Virus record (IMG/VR): IMGVR_UViG_3300012952_000051
Location: 1 to 35,776 of that record
Direction: 5' to 3' (one strand)
DNA from: a virus
Taxonomy: Duplodnaviria > Caudoviricetes
DNA length: 35,776 nt
In this document: piece after piece, positions 9,963 to 19,388 of the stretch
Position numbering within the stretch: the stretch's first letter is position 1
Layout: each line of letters begins with the position of its first letter
Notes under the pieces: generated by a model
What the model saw: the letters and a program-made list of their open reading frames with translations, nothing else
Databases searched by the model: none
Told to the model about the DNA's origin: nothing
Translations under genes and position numbers: made by a program

Positions 9963-10983
9963 CTTTGATATTAAAGATTCTTTATCTTTTGATGATGTAT
10001 TGTTAACACCAAAATATAGTGACATTACGAGCAGAAGCCAAGTAGATATTTCAAACTATCTAGATGACGAACTGCTTTTTGATTTTCCTATAATATCTAG
10101 CCCGATGGATACGGTCACGGAAGATCGTATGGCAATTGCAATGGCTAACGCCGGCGGCTTTGGGGTAGTACATAGGTACAACACCATCGAGGAACAGGTC
10201 AATATCTTATCTAAGATTGAGGGTACTCGCGCCGCAGCTATCGGCATGACTGGAGATTGCATCGAGAGAGCTACGCATTTATATAACACTTGTAATGTAG
10301 ATATACTTTGTATCGATGTAGCCCACGGCCACCACTCTATGATGAAGAGCTGTCTCCTAGAGCTTAAACAAAGGTTTGGAGATGATGTACACATTATGGC
10401 TGGCAACGTCGCAACCCTTGAAGCCTTCGACGCTCTTTCTTCTTGGGGTGCAGATAGTATTAGGGTTGGTATCGGCGGTGGCAGTATATGCTCGACCAGA
10501 CTTGTATCAGGCCATGGCGTACCCACTTTTCAAAGTCTTTTGGATTGTTCACAGACTACTTATGACACCACAATAATCGCAGATGGAGGGATAAAGACCT
10601 CTGGCGACGTGGTTAAAGCTTTTGCTGCAGGCGCAGACTTTGTTATGGTCGGCTCACTTCTGTCAGCAACCAGCGAAACACCAGGAGAGGTATTTAACAG
10701 TGCAGAGGGTAAACAATACAAGGTTTATCGTGGCATGGCTTCGTCAGCAGCGCAAAAAGACTGGAGAGGTAAGTCCTCCTCCCCAGAAGGAATCTCAACC
10801 ACGATCCCATACAAAGGAAAAACGCACAACATCTTGAGAGATCTCAAGGGCGGCGTGCAGAGCGGGTTTTCTTATTCCGGAGCAAGAAGTTTCGAAGAAT
10901 TCCAAGCTAAATCTTCTTTTATCAAACAAACTAGTGCAGGACAATCAGAGAGCTTCACACACATCTTGACGAGAAAGAAGTGA
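9955..10983 (+). CDS. guaB: IMP dehydrogenase/GMP reductase family protein lacking CBS domains
   Basis: [34 protein letters not shown] (catalytic Cys), IADGGI, YRGMAS, PEG. Confidence 0.9.
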   Translation: MNNFDIKDSLSFDDVLLTPKYSDITSRSQVDISNYLDDELLFDFPIISSPMDTVTEDRMAIAMANAGGFGVVHRYNTIEEQVNILSKIEGTRAAAIGMTGDCIERATHLYNTCNVDILCIDVAHGHHSMMKSCLLELKQRFGDDVHIMAGNVATLEAFDALSSWGADSIRVGIGGGSICSTRLVSGHGVPTFQSLLDCSQTTYDTTIIADGGIKTSGDVVKAFAAGADFVMVGSLLSATSETPGEVFNSAEGKQYKVYRGMASSAAQKDWRGKSSSPEGISTTIPYKGKTHNILRDLKGGVQSGFSYSGARSFEEFQAKSSFIKQTSAGQSESFTHILTRKK

Positions 10984-11330
10984 TGCCCAAAGAGAAACCT
11001 CCGATACCTGATCCTAGACAAAGAAAAAAGATCACTTTTTATGAAAATGAAAAGACACAAGCTGATCTGAGGATAAGACTGAAGTACGATAACATGAATC
11101 AGTCGGAGTTTTTTAGAGCTTTGATATCTGGATATTTGAGCCAGGATGATCGTATTATAAGTTTCCTAGAAGAATATAAAGAAAAGTATGAAATCCAAGG
11201 AAAGCCGAAAAGAAGAAAGTCGAGAATCTTAAGACAAAAAGGTAAGGAAACAAAAACAAAGTTTGCGCTCGACGAAGATATGATAGAAAGTATATTTGAT
11301 TTAATAGAAAAGGAACACCCAGAGCTATGA
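10980..11330 (+). CDS. Hypothetical protein, possibly ribbon-helix-helix DNA-binding
   Basis: KKITFYE...NQSEFFRALI pattern; coupled to neighbours by 4-nt overlaps. Confidence 0.5.
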   Translation: MMPKEKPPIPDPRQRKKITFYENEKTQADLRIRLKYDNMNQSEFFRALISGYLSQDDRIISFLEEYKEKYEIQGKPKRRKSRILRQKGKETKTKFALDEDMIESIFDLIEKEHPEL

Positions 11331-11554
11331 AGTGCTTAGAAGATTGCCGGATTAAAAACTTGCCATGCAGACAAAAAGATTGCAGGTTATGGATAGATTA
11401 TAAAAAAGATTTAAATTGTATACACGAGGCAACTAAAAAGAATGGGCCGATGACTTTAAGAGAGACCGCCAAAAGATTGAACATTAGTTTTGTCAGGGTT
11501 AAGCAGATCGAAGACGAAGCAAAGAGAAAACTGCATAGAATTCTTAAAAAATAA
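11327..11554 (+). CDS. Small Cys-rich protein with a sigma70 region-4-like HTH
   Basis: MTLRETAKRLNISFVRVKQIEDEAKRKL closely resembles sigma region 4.2; N-terminal cysteines. Confidence 0.7.
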   Translation: MKCLEDCRIKNLPCRQKDCRLWIDYKKDLNCIHEATKKNGPMTLRETAKRLNISFVRVKQIEDEAKRKLHRILKK

Positions 11555-11577
11555 ATTGCATTTAAACATTTATAACA

Positions 11578-11584
11578 CTATTTA
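11578..11584 (+). promoter_or_regulatory. Putative late-promoter motif CTATTTA
   Basis: Intergenic, upstream of the acidic gene at 11621. Confidence 0.4.
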
Positions 11585-11620
11585 TTTTAGAAACGACTAC
11601 TTTAACGAGGAGAAGTCATA

Positions 11621-12226
11621 ATGAAGAAGCGTTTACTTAACGAATCAGCTGTTCGCAAAATGATGAAGTTGGCGAATATCGAAGCACTCACAGAAAATTT
11701 TCTTGATGAGACAAATGAGTTGGAAGAAACTCAAGAAGTTAACGAAGAAGAAGTTAACGAAGAGGAAGTTACCGAGGACGTAGCAGAAGAAGGCATGGGC
11801 GCCGTCTATGATAGAGACGACGAGCCTATGGACGATGATGCTCCTATGGGTGACCTGCCATTAGACGACGAGCCTATGGGTGACGAGCCTATGGGCGACG
11901 ACGCCGAGGCAGACGCTGGCCCAACAGTATCAATTGACGTTGAGAAGTTGGTTTCTGATATTGTTGCTGCCCTCAACGCTCAGGGCGCAGACGTATCAGT
12001 CGACGACGGTGCTCCTGCGGACGACGCGCCTCTAGATGACGCTCCCATGGATGACGCTCCCATGGATGACGCTCCTCTAGGCGACGATCCTATGGAAGAA
12101 GAGTTTGTCGCAGAAGAAACTGTCAGCGAAGATGAAACTCTAGAAGAAGAGGCCGTAGAGGAGGATCTTGTCAACGAGATCACTCGTCGCGTAGCTCAAA
12201 GAATTCTTCAAAACGCTTCAAACTAA
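11621..12226 (+). CDS. Highly acidic, low-complexity protein (scaffold/internal virion-like)
   Basis: SD GAGGAG; very high D/E content; repeated P(M/L)(D/G)D(A/E) pentapeptides. Confidence 0.75.
   Translation: MKKRLLNESAVRKMMKLANIEALTENFLDETNELEETQEVNEEEVNEEEVTEDVAEEGMGAVYDRDDEPMDDDAPMGDLPLDDEPMGDEPMGDDAEADAGPTVSIDVEKLVSDIVAALNAQGADVSVDDGAPADDAPLDDAPMDDAPMDDAPLGDDPMEEEFVAEETVSEDETLEEEAVEEDLVNEITRRVAQRILQNASN
11811..12095 (+). repeat. Imperfect 15-bp coding repeats in two blocks (GACGAGCCTATGGGT and GATGACGCTCCCATG)
   Basis: Visible tandem repeats encoding DEPMG and DDAPM. Confidence 0.8.
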
Positions 12227-12262
12227 AAGAGACTGGCACAAATAAAAAAGCCAAATAATTAT

Positions 12263-12284
12263 GCCCGTCCTTGACGGGCTTTTT
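12263..12284 (+). terminator. Rho-independent terminator GCCCGTC-CTT-GACGGGC-TTTTT
   Basis: 7-bp GC-rich stem followed by a T tract, downstream of the 11621 gene. Confidence 0.75.
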
Positions 12285-12299
12285 ATTTTGTGGTATAAT
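12271..12299 (+). promoter_or_regulatory. Sigma70-type promoter TTGACG-17-TATAAT with extended -10 TG
   Basis: Near-perfect consensus; the -35 lies inside the terminator hairpin. Confidence 0.75.
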
Positions 12300-12316
12300 A
12301 AACCCAGGGAGGGTTT

Positions 12317-12706
12317 ATGATTGGAGAAATGAACGTCTTAGAAAGCGGCCTCTGGTTTTTTGCCGGCGCTATTTGCTATCGTTTTTTCAGTGTTTTGTTA
12401 GGTAACGCGTATGCTATATTGATGGCCCAGGAAACTATCAAAAATTCCTTAAGGCTCTTGATGCTCACTGAAGCAAGTTTTAAATTAATTCAAGAGATGA
12501 AATATGATGCTATAGACTCATCAAATTATTCTCTAGAAGAGATTAACAAAATGAAAGAAGTTGATAAAATACTATTATCGACATGGCAAAATTTATCAAT
12601 ATCAAATTTAATCTACTCTTCTCCAAAGTTTTTTCGAGGTGCAATAAGTTTTACAAACTGGAGAGAAGCCAGACAACAATACAGAGAGTGGTATAAAAAT
12701 GACTAA
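12317..12706 (+). CDS. Hypothetical protein with an N-terminal TM helix
   Basis: 129-aa ORF with SD GGAGG. Confidence 0.6.
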   Translation: MIGEMNVLESGLWFFAGAICYRFFSVLLGNAYAILMAQETIKNSLRLLMLTEASFKLIQEMKYDAIDSSNYSLEEINKMKEVDKILLSTWQNLSISNLIYSSPKFFRGAISFTNWREARQQYREWYKND

Positions 12707-13349
12707 AAAAGATCAAGAGGCTAAAGAAGAGGTACCGCAAGAAGAGGTGATGCAAGAAGAGGCTCCAATAATCTTTAATATACCTGGCTTGGGCGAGCCC
12801 GAGGCTGACAAACACAAAACAAGGATGGTAACTCTGTATGGTGATATAGACCAAGAGAAAGCTTCCGATGTTATATCAGGCTTGTATTACCTTAGAGACT
12901 CCGGAATAACAATTGTAGAGGACGCTGAACTGTTCGACCCTTTTTCCATGCTCATATCGACATGGGGTGGATCCGCTTTGGATATGTTCGCTATTTATGA
13001 TACCATGAGAATTATTAAAAGTGAGTGTGAGATACACACGATGGGCATGGGCAAAGTTATGTCGGCAGGTGTTTTGTTGCTAGCCGGCGGAACCAAGGGG
13101 AAAAGAAAGATTGGAGCAAATTGTAGAGTGATGCTCCACGGAGTTGTTTCTGGACAGTCTGGGCATATTCATGATATAGAGAATGAGATGGAAGAAGCTA
13201 GATGGATTCAGAGAAGGTACATAAAAGCTCTAAGCGAAGAGACAGATATGACACAAAAATATATCAAAAAACTGATGGATAGGAAAATTAATGTTTATCT
13301 CGATGCTAAGGAAGCTGTTGAATTGGGAATTGCAGATGAAATTGTATAA
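12699..13349 (+). CDS. clpP: ClpP-family protease proteolytic subunit
   Basis: ISTWGGSALDMFAIYD, GKVMSAG (catalytic Ser), VMLHG (His), YLDAKEAVELGIADEI. Confidence 0.9.
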   Translation: MTKKDQEAKEEVPQEEVMQEEAPIIFNIPGLGEPEADKHKTRMVTLYGDIDQEKASDVISGLYYLRDSGITIVEDAELFDPFSMLISTWGGSALDMFAIYDTMRIIKSECEIHTMGMGKVMSAGVLLLAGGTKGKRKIGANCRVMLHGVVSGQSGHIHDIENEMEEARWIQRRYIKALSEETDMTQKYIKKLMDRKINVYLDAKEAVELGIADEIV

Positions 13350-14214
13350 AATATTGTATAACAGAAGGTCAGCCAAAAAACATGGCTGGACACCAACATG
13401 GTTTGGAGCAACTAAGTTTGATTCTTACTTAGTAGAAAGAGTTATGGAATTTCAGAGAATCCATGACTTGAAATCAGATGGTCTCGTCGGGCCAATAACT
13501 TTTAGAAGAGTTTTTACAAATAGAGAAGCTTTTCCTATCTCTGATAAAAGAATATTGTGCAACGGAACAATGATCCCTATCAAATGGGATAAGGTCAAAA
13601 CGAGCCTGCTAAAAGAAGGAACATACAAAAAGGTAAACACAAGAAGAAAACCTTCTATGGTGGTCACTCATTGGGACGCTTGTTTATCAGCGACTTCTTG
13701 TAAAAGAATTCTAGAGAGAAGAGGTATTTCCACACACTTCGTTATCGATAATGATGGCACGATCGTGCAACTGGCTGACTGCAATGATATTGCTTGGCAT
13801 GCCGGCAACAGAAAGGTTAATAGTGTTTCGATTGGTATTGATTTCAGCAATGCATATTATACTAAATATCAAAGCACTTACATCAGGAATGGCCTAGGCG
13901 AACGCCCGGTATTAACGGACAGTGTTGTTCATGGGGTAAAACTTAAGCCGCATCTAGGATATTATCCTGCACAAATTTTAGCTTATAAAGCTTTGCTGCA
14001 GTTTTTAAACGAGACATACGGTATATTATTAGAATGTCCTTTGGATGAAGATGGGAATCTAAAAACAAAGGTTCACAAATCAGCAGTTAAAGGTACATTT
14101 AGTGGTGTAGTTTGCCATTATCATTTAACTCGTGGTAAGATTGATACCGCTGGCTTAAAATTAAAAAAAATACTTAAAGAAATTAATATTCTCCCTATCG
14201 GTTCTTTGGACTAA
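13336..14214 (+). CDS. N-acetylmuramoyl-L-alanine amidase (endolysin) with a peptidoglycan-binding domain
   Basis: VMEFQRIHDLKSDGLVGPIT (PG-binding), VVTHW, STHFVID, AWHAG, NSVSIGID, CHY; likely start ATG 13336. Confidence 0.88.
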   Translation: MKLYKILYNRRSAKKHGWTPTWFGATKFDSYLVERVMEFQRIHDLKSDGLVGPITFRRVFTNREAFPISDKRILCNGTMIPIKWDKVKTSLLKEGTYKKVNTRRKPSMVVTHWDACLSATSCKRILERRGISTHFVIDNDGTIVQLADCNDIAWHAGNRKVNSVSIGIDFSNAYYTKYQSTYIRNGLGERPVLTDSVVHGVKLKPHLGYYPAQILAYKALLQFLNETYGILLECPLDEDGNLKTKVHKSAVKGTFSGVVCHYHLTRGKIDTAGLKLKKILKEINILPIGSLD

Positions 14215-14222
14215 TTATTAAT

Positions 14223-15599
14223 ATGAATGATATCGACAAGTTAATCAATAAACACTATGAAAGCAACTTCTCTTTTGAGTCTTTACTTGGCCTCATAAAC
14301 GAGCAGCTGGAAGGCTTGACTTTACTAGAGGGTAAAAAAAGTAAAAAGCGCATGCTTCTTGAAGAACTTCAAGAGAAGATTATCAAGTTCCCTAAAATTA
14401 AAATCACAGAAAGATGGGGAGAAAAGCATAACGAAGACCGAGAGATCTTTGAAGACTTAATGCGTCAGGTCCGAGGCGAAACTGTCGCAGATAAAATTGC
14501 TAGTGTTAATGAATTTTTGGCGTATAAGAAAAACCTATCTGTTGCTGAAATTTTATCAAATCTAATGTTTGTTGAGATCTTCTCTACAATCATTGAAGAG
14601 TTTAATGCTTCAACCGCAGGATTCTTATTTGAAGCATTCTTAGCAGGATTGTTTGCTGGTGAGCAGATCGCAGATCCAGAACAGGTTGGTGCAAAAGCCG
14701 GATCGCTCCCTATTGAAGACGTTACTCTCGCTATCAGACAAAAAGACCAACCGGTTGAAGAGATCGTACCTTATAGCCTTAAGGTGCTGAGCCCAACTGT
14801 GGATCTAAAAGGTAGTTTCGTAAACTTGGTTGATTACTTTGCTAGTGGCAGGCAAGACAACATTGTTTATCTTGTTGTTACAAAGCTAGGTCAAGGCACC
14901 CTGGCGTTCAACGAGTTCACAATCACTCAAGATAACTTCTTAGATTATATTGGTCACGAGAAATATGAAAAACAAAAAGTTTTCGAACCGATAGAATTTT
15001 CTCCTAGAGACATGCTGCAGCCCAAAGTTACGAAGGCTCGCGGCGAGGAGTATGTCTTGACAAAGGCGTGGCTAAAATCAAATCAAATATCATCAGTCAC
15101 CACTAAAGACGGAAAGCCACTAGAGGGAAATTTGCTAGATCCTGAACAAGCTTATATAGCAAATCAATGGCAGGGAGATTACCAGATGGTTCCTGTCGGT
15201 GGTATGACAGCTAATGCCAAGAAACTATATGGTGATGAGAAAGTATTCAAAAAACTTTTGGGCTCTAAAGAGAATCCAAACTTTTGGGAAATGCTAAAAT
15301 CAACTAAAGGGTATATGAATAACGAGCAGTTTCATATATCTCCAGGCAACGTACGTGGCCGTTCAGAAATGATAGGCCGGCTAGACTTGCACCCCCCGAA
15401 GCTAATTAAAGTTGCCAACCATTATGCCGTTGATCTCGGCCGAGGGTTGGTTGATCTTTATAATGCTGTTGCAAGTTTATCAGTAAATATTAACAAATAC
15501 TTTATTGGAAGTGATAAAATCGCTGGACGCTCCGCTATCCAGGACGCGCAGACGATTAAAAGCGAATCAGAAAACTTAATTAAAGTCGAAGAAAATTAA
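14223..15599 (+). CDS. Hypothetical 458-aa protein, possibly virion-associated
   Basis: Long ORF preceded by CTAATTA (14211-14217); AGFLFEAFLAG...D...YSLK is weakly PD-(D/E)xK-like. Confidence 0.65.
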   Translation: MNDIDKLINKHYESNFSFESLLGLINEQLEGLTLLEGKKSKKRMLLEELQEKIIKFPKIKITERWGEKHNEDREIFEDLMRQVRGETVADKIASVNEFLAYKKNLSVAEILSNLMFVEIFSTIIEEFNASTAGFLFEAFLAGLFAGEQIADPEQVGAKAGSLPIEDVTLAIRQKDQPVEEIVPYSLKVLSPTVDLKGSFVNLVDYFASGRQDNIVYLVVTKLGQGTLAFNEFTITQDNFLDYIGHEKYEKQKVFEPIEFSPRDMLQPKVTKARGEEYVLTKAWLKSNQISSVTTKDGKPLEGNLLDPEQAYIANQWQGDYQMVPVGGMTANAKKLYGDEKVFKKLLGSKENPNFWEMLKSTKGYMNNEQFHISPGNVRGRSEMIGRLDLHPPKLIKVANHYAVDLGRGLVDLYNAVASLSVNINKYFIGSDKIAGRSAIQDAQTIKSESENLIKVEEN

Positions 15600-15607
15600 T
15601 TAATCTA

Positions 15608-15636
15608 TTGACTTTACATTGATTCGTTGTTATTAT
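15608..15636 (+). promoter_or_regulatory. Sigma70-type promoter TTGACT-17-TATTAT
   Basis: Consensus spacing plus extended -10 TG, upstream of groEL. Confidence 0.65.
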
Positions 15637-15662
15637 ATACTGTATCAAACAAAGGAATAATT

Positions 15663-17231
15663 ATGCCTAAGCATTATGAATCTGGCCGCGATCTTCAAGA
15701 GAGAATCTTGGAGGGAGTTAATATTTTAGCTGACAATGTTGCTTCAACTTTGGGTCCGCGCGGAAGAAATGTCCTGCTTTATAAAGTTGGCGCTCCTAAT
15801 CCTATCGTAACAAAAGACGGCGTTACCGTCGCTAAGTTTGTTGACTTGGAAGATCCGGTACAAAATGTTGGCGCGCAAATTGTCAAACAAGCAGCATCAC
15901 AAACCAATACCAATGCAGGCGATGGCACTACCACTGCCACAGTTCTTACGAGAGAGATTCTATCACAAGCGCAGAAGCATCTAATCGCCGGCTCCTCACC
16001 AGTTGAGCTTAAGCGTGGCATGGACAAAGCTGTTGACAGGATCGTTAACTATATTAAGGATGTATCTGTTCCGGTATCCAGCGAAGAAGATGTACGTCAT
16101 ATCGCTACAATCTCCGCTAATGGAGACAGTTCTGTTGGAGAGTTAGTTACAATGGCCGTTGATCAAGCTGGCAAAGACGGCGCTATAACGATTGAAGAGG
16201 CCCGTTCATCTGAGACTAGCTTGAATGTCGTGGAAGGTTTTAGATTCGATTCTGGATACTTTGCCAGAGCTTTTATAACAGATGAAAGACGAGAGGTTGT
16301 AAAGTATGATAGTCCTCTAATGCTTGTGACCGACTATAAGATTGAAGCAGTCGAAGAGATCTACCCTATCCTTGAACTGATAGCACGAGACTCTCGTCCG
16401 CTAGTAGTAGTATCAGAAGAGGTAGAAGGGCAAGCACTAGCTGCTTTAATAATGAATGCTCAGAGAGGCACGCTAAAGGTCGCCGCTGTCAAGGCTCCTC
16501 GTTACGGAGAAGAGCGGCGAGAGATATTGAAGGATCTTTGCTTCGCGACAGGAGCTACCTTTATCTCAAGAGATGCTGGCTTAAGCCTAAAGGATGTTAA
16601 GCTAACACATTTGGGAAGTTGTAAAACAATCGAAGTTGAGAAAAGCTTCACTACTATTGTTGGAGGCAAGGGCGATTCCGAAGCTGTTGAAGAAAGGATC
16701 GACTCTATCAAAGAGCAAATATCTGAAACAAAAGATTTGTATAGATGCGAGAAACTACAAGAAAGAATATCTAGACTTGCTAGCGGCATCGCCATAATTC
16801 ATGTTGGCGCACCGACCGAAGTAGAGATGATAGAGAAAAAGCATAGAATTGAAGACGCCCTTGAGGCAGTTAAATCCGCCCAGGCCGAGGGCATGATCCC
16901 AGGCGGCGGAAGAACCTTACTATCTGCATCTGAATTAGATGTGGAAACAGACAACGATGAGCAAGCGATCGGTGCTAAGATCGTTCTAAGCTCGTTGGCT
17001 GCGCCGATTCGCCAGATGGCACTTAACGCAGGCGAATCGGCAGACATTGTACTCAGCAAAGTTTTGGAGGCAGAAGATAATATTGGGTACAATTTTGCTA
17101 CTGGAGAACTTACGGATATGTTTGAGAGCGGGGTTATTGATCCCGCCAAAGTAACCAGAGTCGCGCTACAGAACGCGGTTTCAGTTTCATCGACTTTGAT
17201 TACAACAAACTTTTCAATCGTAGAGCTTTAA
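15663..17231 (+). CDS. groEL: Chaperonin GroEL
   Basis: TLGPRGRNV, VTKDGVTVA, AGDGTTTATVL, VKAPRYGEER, GVIDPAKVTR; start set at ATG 15663 after AAGGA; no GGM tail. Confidence 0.96.
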   Translation: MPKHYESGRDLQERILEGVNILADNVASTLGPRGRNVLLYKVGAPNPIVTKDGVTVAKFVDLEDPVQNVGAQIVKQAASQTNTNAGDGTTTATVLTREILSQAQKHLIAGSSPVELKRGMDKAVDRIVNYIKDVSVPVSSEEDVRHIATISANGDSSVGELVTMAVDQAGKDGAITIEEARSSETSLNVVEGFRFDSGYFARAFITDERREVVKYDSPLMLVTDYKIEAVEEIYPILELIARDSRPLVVVSEEVEGQALAALIMNAQRGTLKVAAVKAPRYGEERREILKDLCFATGATFISRDAGLSLKDVKLTHLGSCKTIEVEKSFTTIVGGKGDSEAVEERIDSIKEQISETKDLYRCEKLQERISRLASGIAIIHVGAPTEVEMIEKKHRIEDALEAVKSAQAEGMIPGGGRTLLSASELDVETDNDEQAIGAKIVLSSLAAPIRQMALNAGESADIVLSKVLEAEDNIGYNFATGELTDMFESGVIDPAKVTRVALQNAVSVSSTLITTNFSIVEL

Positions 17232-17279
17232 ATTTTTTAATTACTATTTAATGTATCCCACAAAAAGGGGAAATATAAA

Positions 17280-17570
17280 ATGGTTGATGAATCGTGCGAA
17301 ACAAATATAAAAGTCGATCTGATTGAGTTAGACGGCAAGCTCCAGAGAATGATGGATGGTATTGATACAGTTAAAGAACGCCAAGGAATTATGGCTGATG
17401 ATATCAGCAAAATAAAAGAGGCGGTGTATAATCCTGATGAGGGTATCTACACAAGGTTGAGAGAACTTGAAAGCTGGAAAAAAACACAATCTAAATTAAT
17501 GTGGATTGTTGTCACCAGCGCGGTAGGTATATTCACAGCGCTTATATTTAATAATATAGTAATACGTTAA
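17280..17570 (+). CDS. Coiled-coil protein with a C-terminal TM helix (holin/hemolysin XhlA-like)
   Basis: GIYTRLRELESWKK followed by a hydrophobic helix; preceded by CTATTTA (17244-17250). Confidence 0.5.
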   Translation: MVDESCETNIKVDLIELDGKLQRMMDGIDTVKERQGIMADDISKIKEAVYNPDEGIYTRLRELESWKKTQSKLMWIVVTSAVGIFTALIFNNIVIR

Positions 17571-17583
17571 CAAAGATTTTATT

Positions 17584-17889
17584 ATGAATTTTAAAACAAC
17601 TCGAAACATTCCTTATGGAAAGTTTCTTGACACGATTAAGAGAGACCTAGATAATTTGTGCGCCGACATCAGTGCCTCCCTTAAAAAAACACAAGAATCT
17701 AGAATGTGTTTTGAGAGAGATGGGACTACTTATAGGGATGTTGCCCAGCGTCTTCACGAGGCTAAAGTGGCAATTGATGATTGTTCTGTTGAACTAGATA
17801 ACCAGATAAGAAGCTTGATAGAATTTGAATCTGAAATCACAGAACAGCAGACTGCACAACAAGAGGAACAAGATGAAAACTCAGTATAA
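17584..17889 (+). CDS. Hypothetical coiled-coil protein
   Basis: 101-aa ORF in a co-oriented run. Confidence 0.55.
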   Translation: MNFKTTRNIPYGKFLDTIKRDLDNLCADISASLKKTQESRMCFERDGTTYRDVAQRLHEAKVAIDDCSVELDNQIRSLIEFESEITEQQTAQQEEQDENSV

Positions 17890-18103
17890 AGAGGGCGAAC
17901 TAGTCTACGTCCCATCAGAAGTAGTATTAAATAAATATAATTCTTATGACACTAGCGAGTGTAGCTCACAGTGTTGTATAACAGAGAGCCCAGAGTATCT
18001 ATTGGTTGTTGACGGAAATAGAAATAAAGAAGTCGGCGTGTATTTCAATGGGGACACTTGGTTTGTCAATCAGAAAGATGTTTATAATGGTGACAGAGTA
18101 TGA
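17873..18103 (+). CDS. Small beta-rich protein (YKEGELVYV), distant KOW/SH3-like
   Basis: ATG 17873 follows GAGGA. Confidence 0.55.
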   Translation: MKTQYKEGELVYVPSEVVLNKYNSYDTSECSSQCCITESPEYLLVVDGNRNKEVGVYFNGDTWFVNQKDVYNGDRV

Positions 18104-18435
18104 ATCAGTTTATTGCTTTAACCGAGATATATGAAACTTCTACATCATCAGTTTATACAAAATTAGACTCAGAGGGTAATAGGCAGACTTCCACATCCTC
18201 AACATCTTTTTCTTTAAGAAAAGTTATTCTGAATAAGAACAGTGTTTTGTTGTTAAGGCAAGATGAAACAATTAAAAATGTTCATGATCAGAACGCATTG
18301 AACCTCGGCTTGGATAAGATGCAAGATTTCACTAGAATCTACTTATGCACACCGAAAGCCTCTTCTTATATAACTGTCGTTGGTCCATTGTCTTTGATTG
18401 CTGAAAAATTATCACAAGATGTTAAAACAGTATGA
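18100..18435 (+). CDS. Hypothetical protein
   Basis: 111 aa; ATGA overlap with the upstream gene. Confidence 0.55.
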   Translation: MNQFIALTEIYETSTSSVYTKLDSEGNRQTSTSSTSFSLRKVILNKNSVLLLRQDETIKNVHDQNALNLGLDKMQDFTRIYLCTPKASSYITVVGPLSLIAEKLSQDVKTV

Positions 18436-18706
18436 AAATGGAACTTATGTTCTGTTTGTAAAAACGACTTGCCCTTATTGTCACATGGCGGTTGAACTAT
18501 TGGAAGAGGCTGATCTGCCCTATAAGAAAATAATCATAGGGAGCAGTTCTCCAATACAGGAAGAGATAAAAGAAGCGTTTGGTTGGAAAACTGTGCCGAT
18601 AGTTTTCTTTAAAAGAAACGAAAAATTTCCAGAGACTTCGTTGTTTACAAACATGTATGAGTTGATCGGCGGCTACACTGACCTAGAGAAGATTATTAAT
18701 GGATGA
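18419..18706 (+). CDS. Glutaredoxin
   Basis: CPYC, WKTVPIVF and IGGYTDL motifs. Confidence 0.9.
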   Translation: MLKQYENGTYVLFVKTTCPYCHMAVELLEEADLPYKKIIIGSSSPIQEEIKEAFGWKTVPIVFFKRNEKFPETSLFTNMYELIGGYTDLEKIING

Positions 18707-19040
18707 ATCATCAGGAAAAAGTTATTCGCTTGATGCAGAATATCTCTGCAAGGTAAGAGCGAGAGGAAAGAGAGAGCAGTCAAGAGTTGTTTCTTTATTG
18801 AAACACGTTTGTTCACAAGAGAATATAAACGAATACATTCTTGAGATCTTGTCTGAATTATATTTCTTGAATCGAAAACTAAAAGAAGAGGTAGAGAGAT
18901 ATGATCTCACAGATTGTGATAAAGAGACTTTGTTTAAAGTTAACGAAGTAGATCTGTTTGTGCTAAGAACAATAATATTAAGTAAGCATAAGCTAGTCCA
19001 ACAGCTATCACAAATGAACATATCAGTGAGAGAAAATTAG
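18699..19040 (+). CDS. Hypothetical protein
   Basis: 113 aa, translationally coupled. Confidence 0.55.
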   Translation: MDESSGKSYSLDAEYLCKVRARGKREQSRVVSLLKHVCSQENINEYILEILSELYFLNRKLKEEVERYDLTDCDKETLFKVNEVDLFVLRTIILSKHKLVQQLSQMNISVREN

Positions 19041-19381
19041 TGGAACTTCTTTTAGGCATTATATTTTTTGCCATTGGAAACATCTTTGCGTGGTTTCAGT
19101 TCAATTCTCAATTCGTTTGGGAATGGTGGGAAGATAAACCATTTGTTTCTGTAGCAATATTCGCAATACCCATGAGCTTATGTTTTTGGTATGCGGTCAA
19201 AAATATCGTTGACTCAACCGGTCTTCTGTGGTCATCTAGGCTGGTAGGCTTCGGCGTCTCAACATTTGTTTTTGCTTTATTAACTTTTTTCATCGCTAAA
19301 GAGAGTATTTTTACTTTTAAAACTCTGAGTAGCGTGTTTCTGGCAGGAATAATAATTTTCATACAAATTTATTGGAGATAA
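19040..19381 (+). CDS. Four-TM small membrane protein (SMR/DMT-like)
   Basis: 113 aa with four hydrophobic segments. Confidence 0.6.
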   Translation: MELLLGIIFFAIGNIFAWFQFNSQFVWEWWEDKPFVSVAIFAIPMSLCFWYAVKNIVDSTGLLWSSRLVGFGVSTFVFALLTFFIAKESIFTFKTLSSVFLAGIIIFIQIYWR

Positions 19382-19388
19382 GAAGCAT

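Noticed and set aside
15627-15662. Longer TTG start for groEL given in the ORF track (similar over-extensions at 8652, 13291, 17825, 18398, 26093, 31729, 32543, 33130)
   Set aside because: The extension overlaps the promoter or upstream gene; downstream ATG/GTG starts have SD or coupling and match the expected N-termini.
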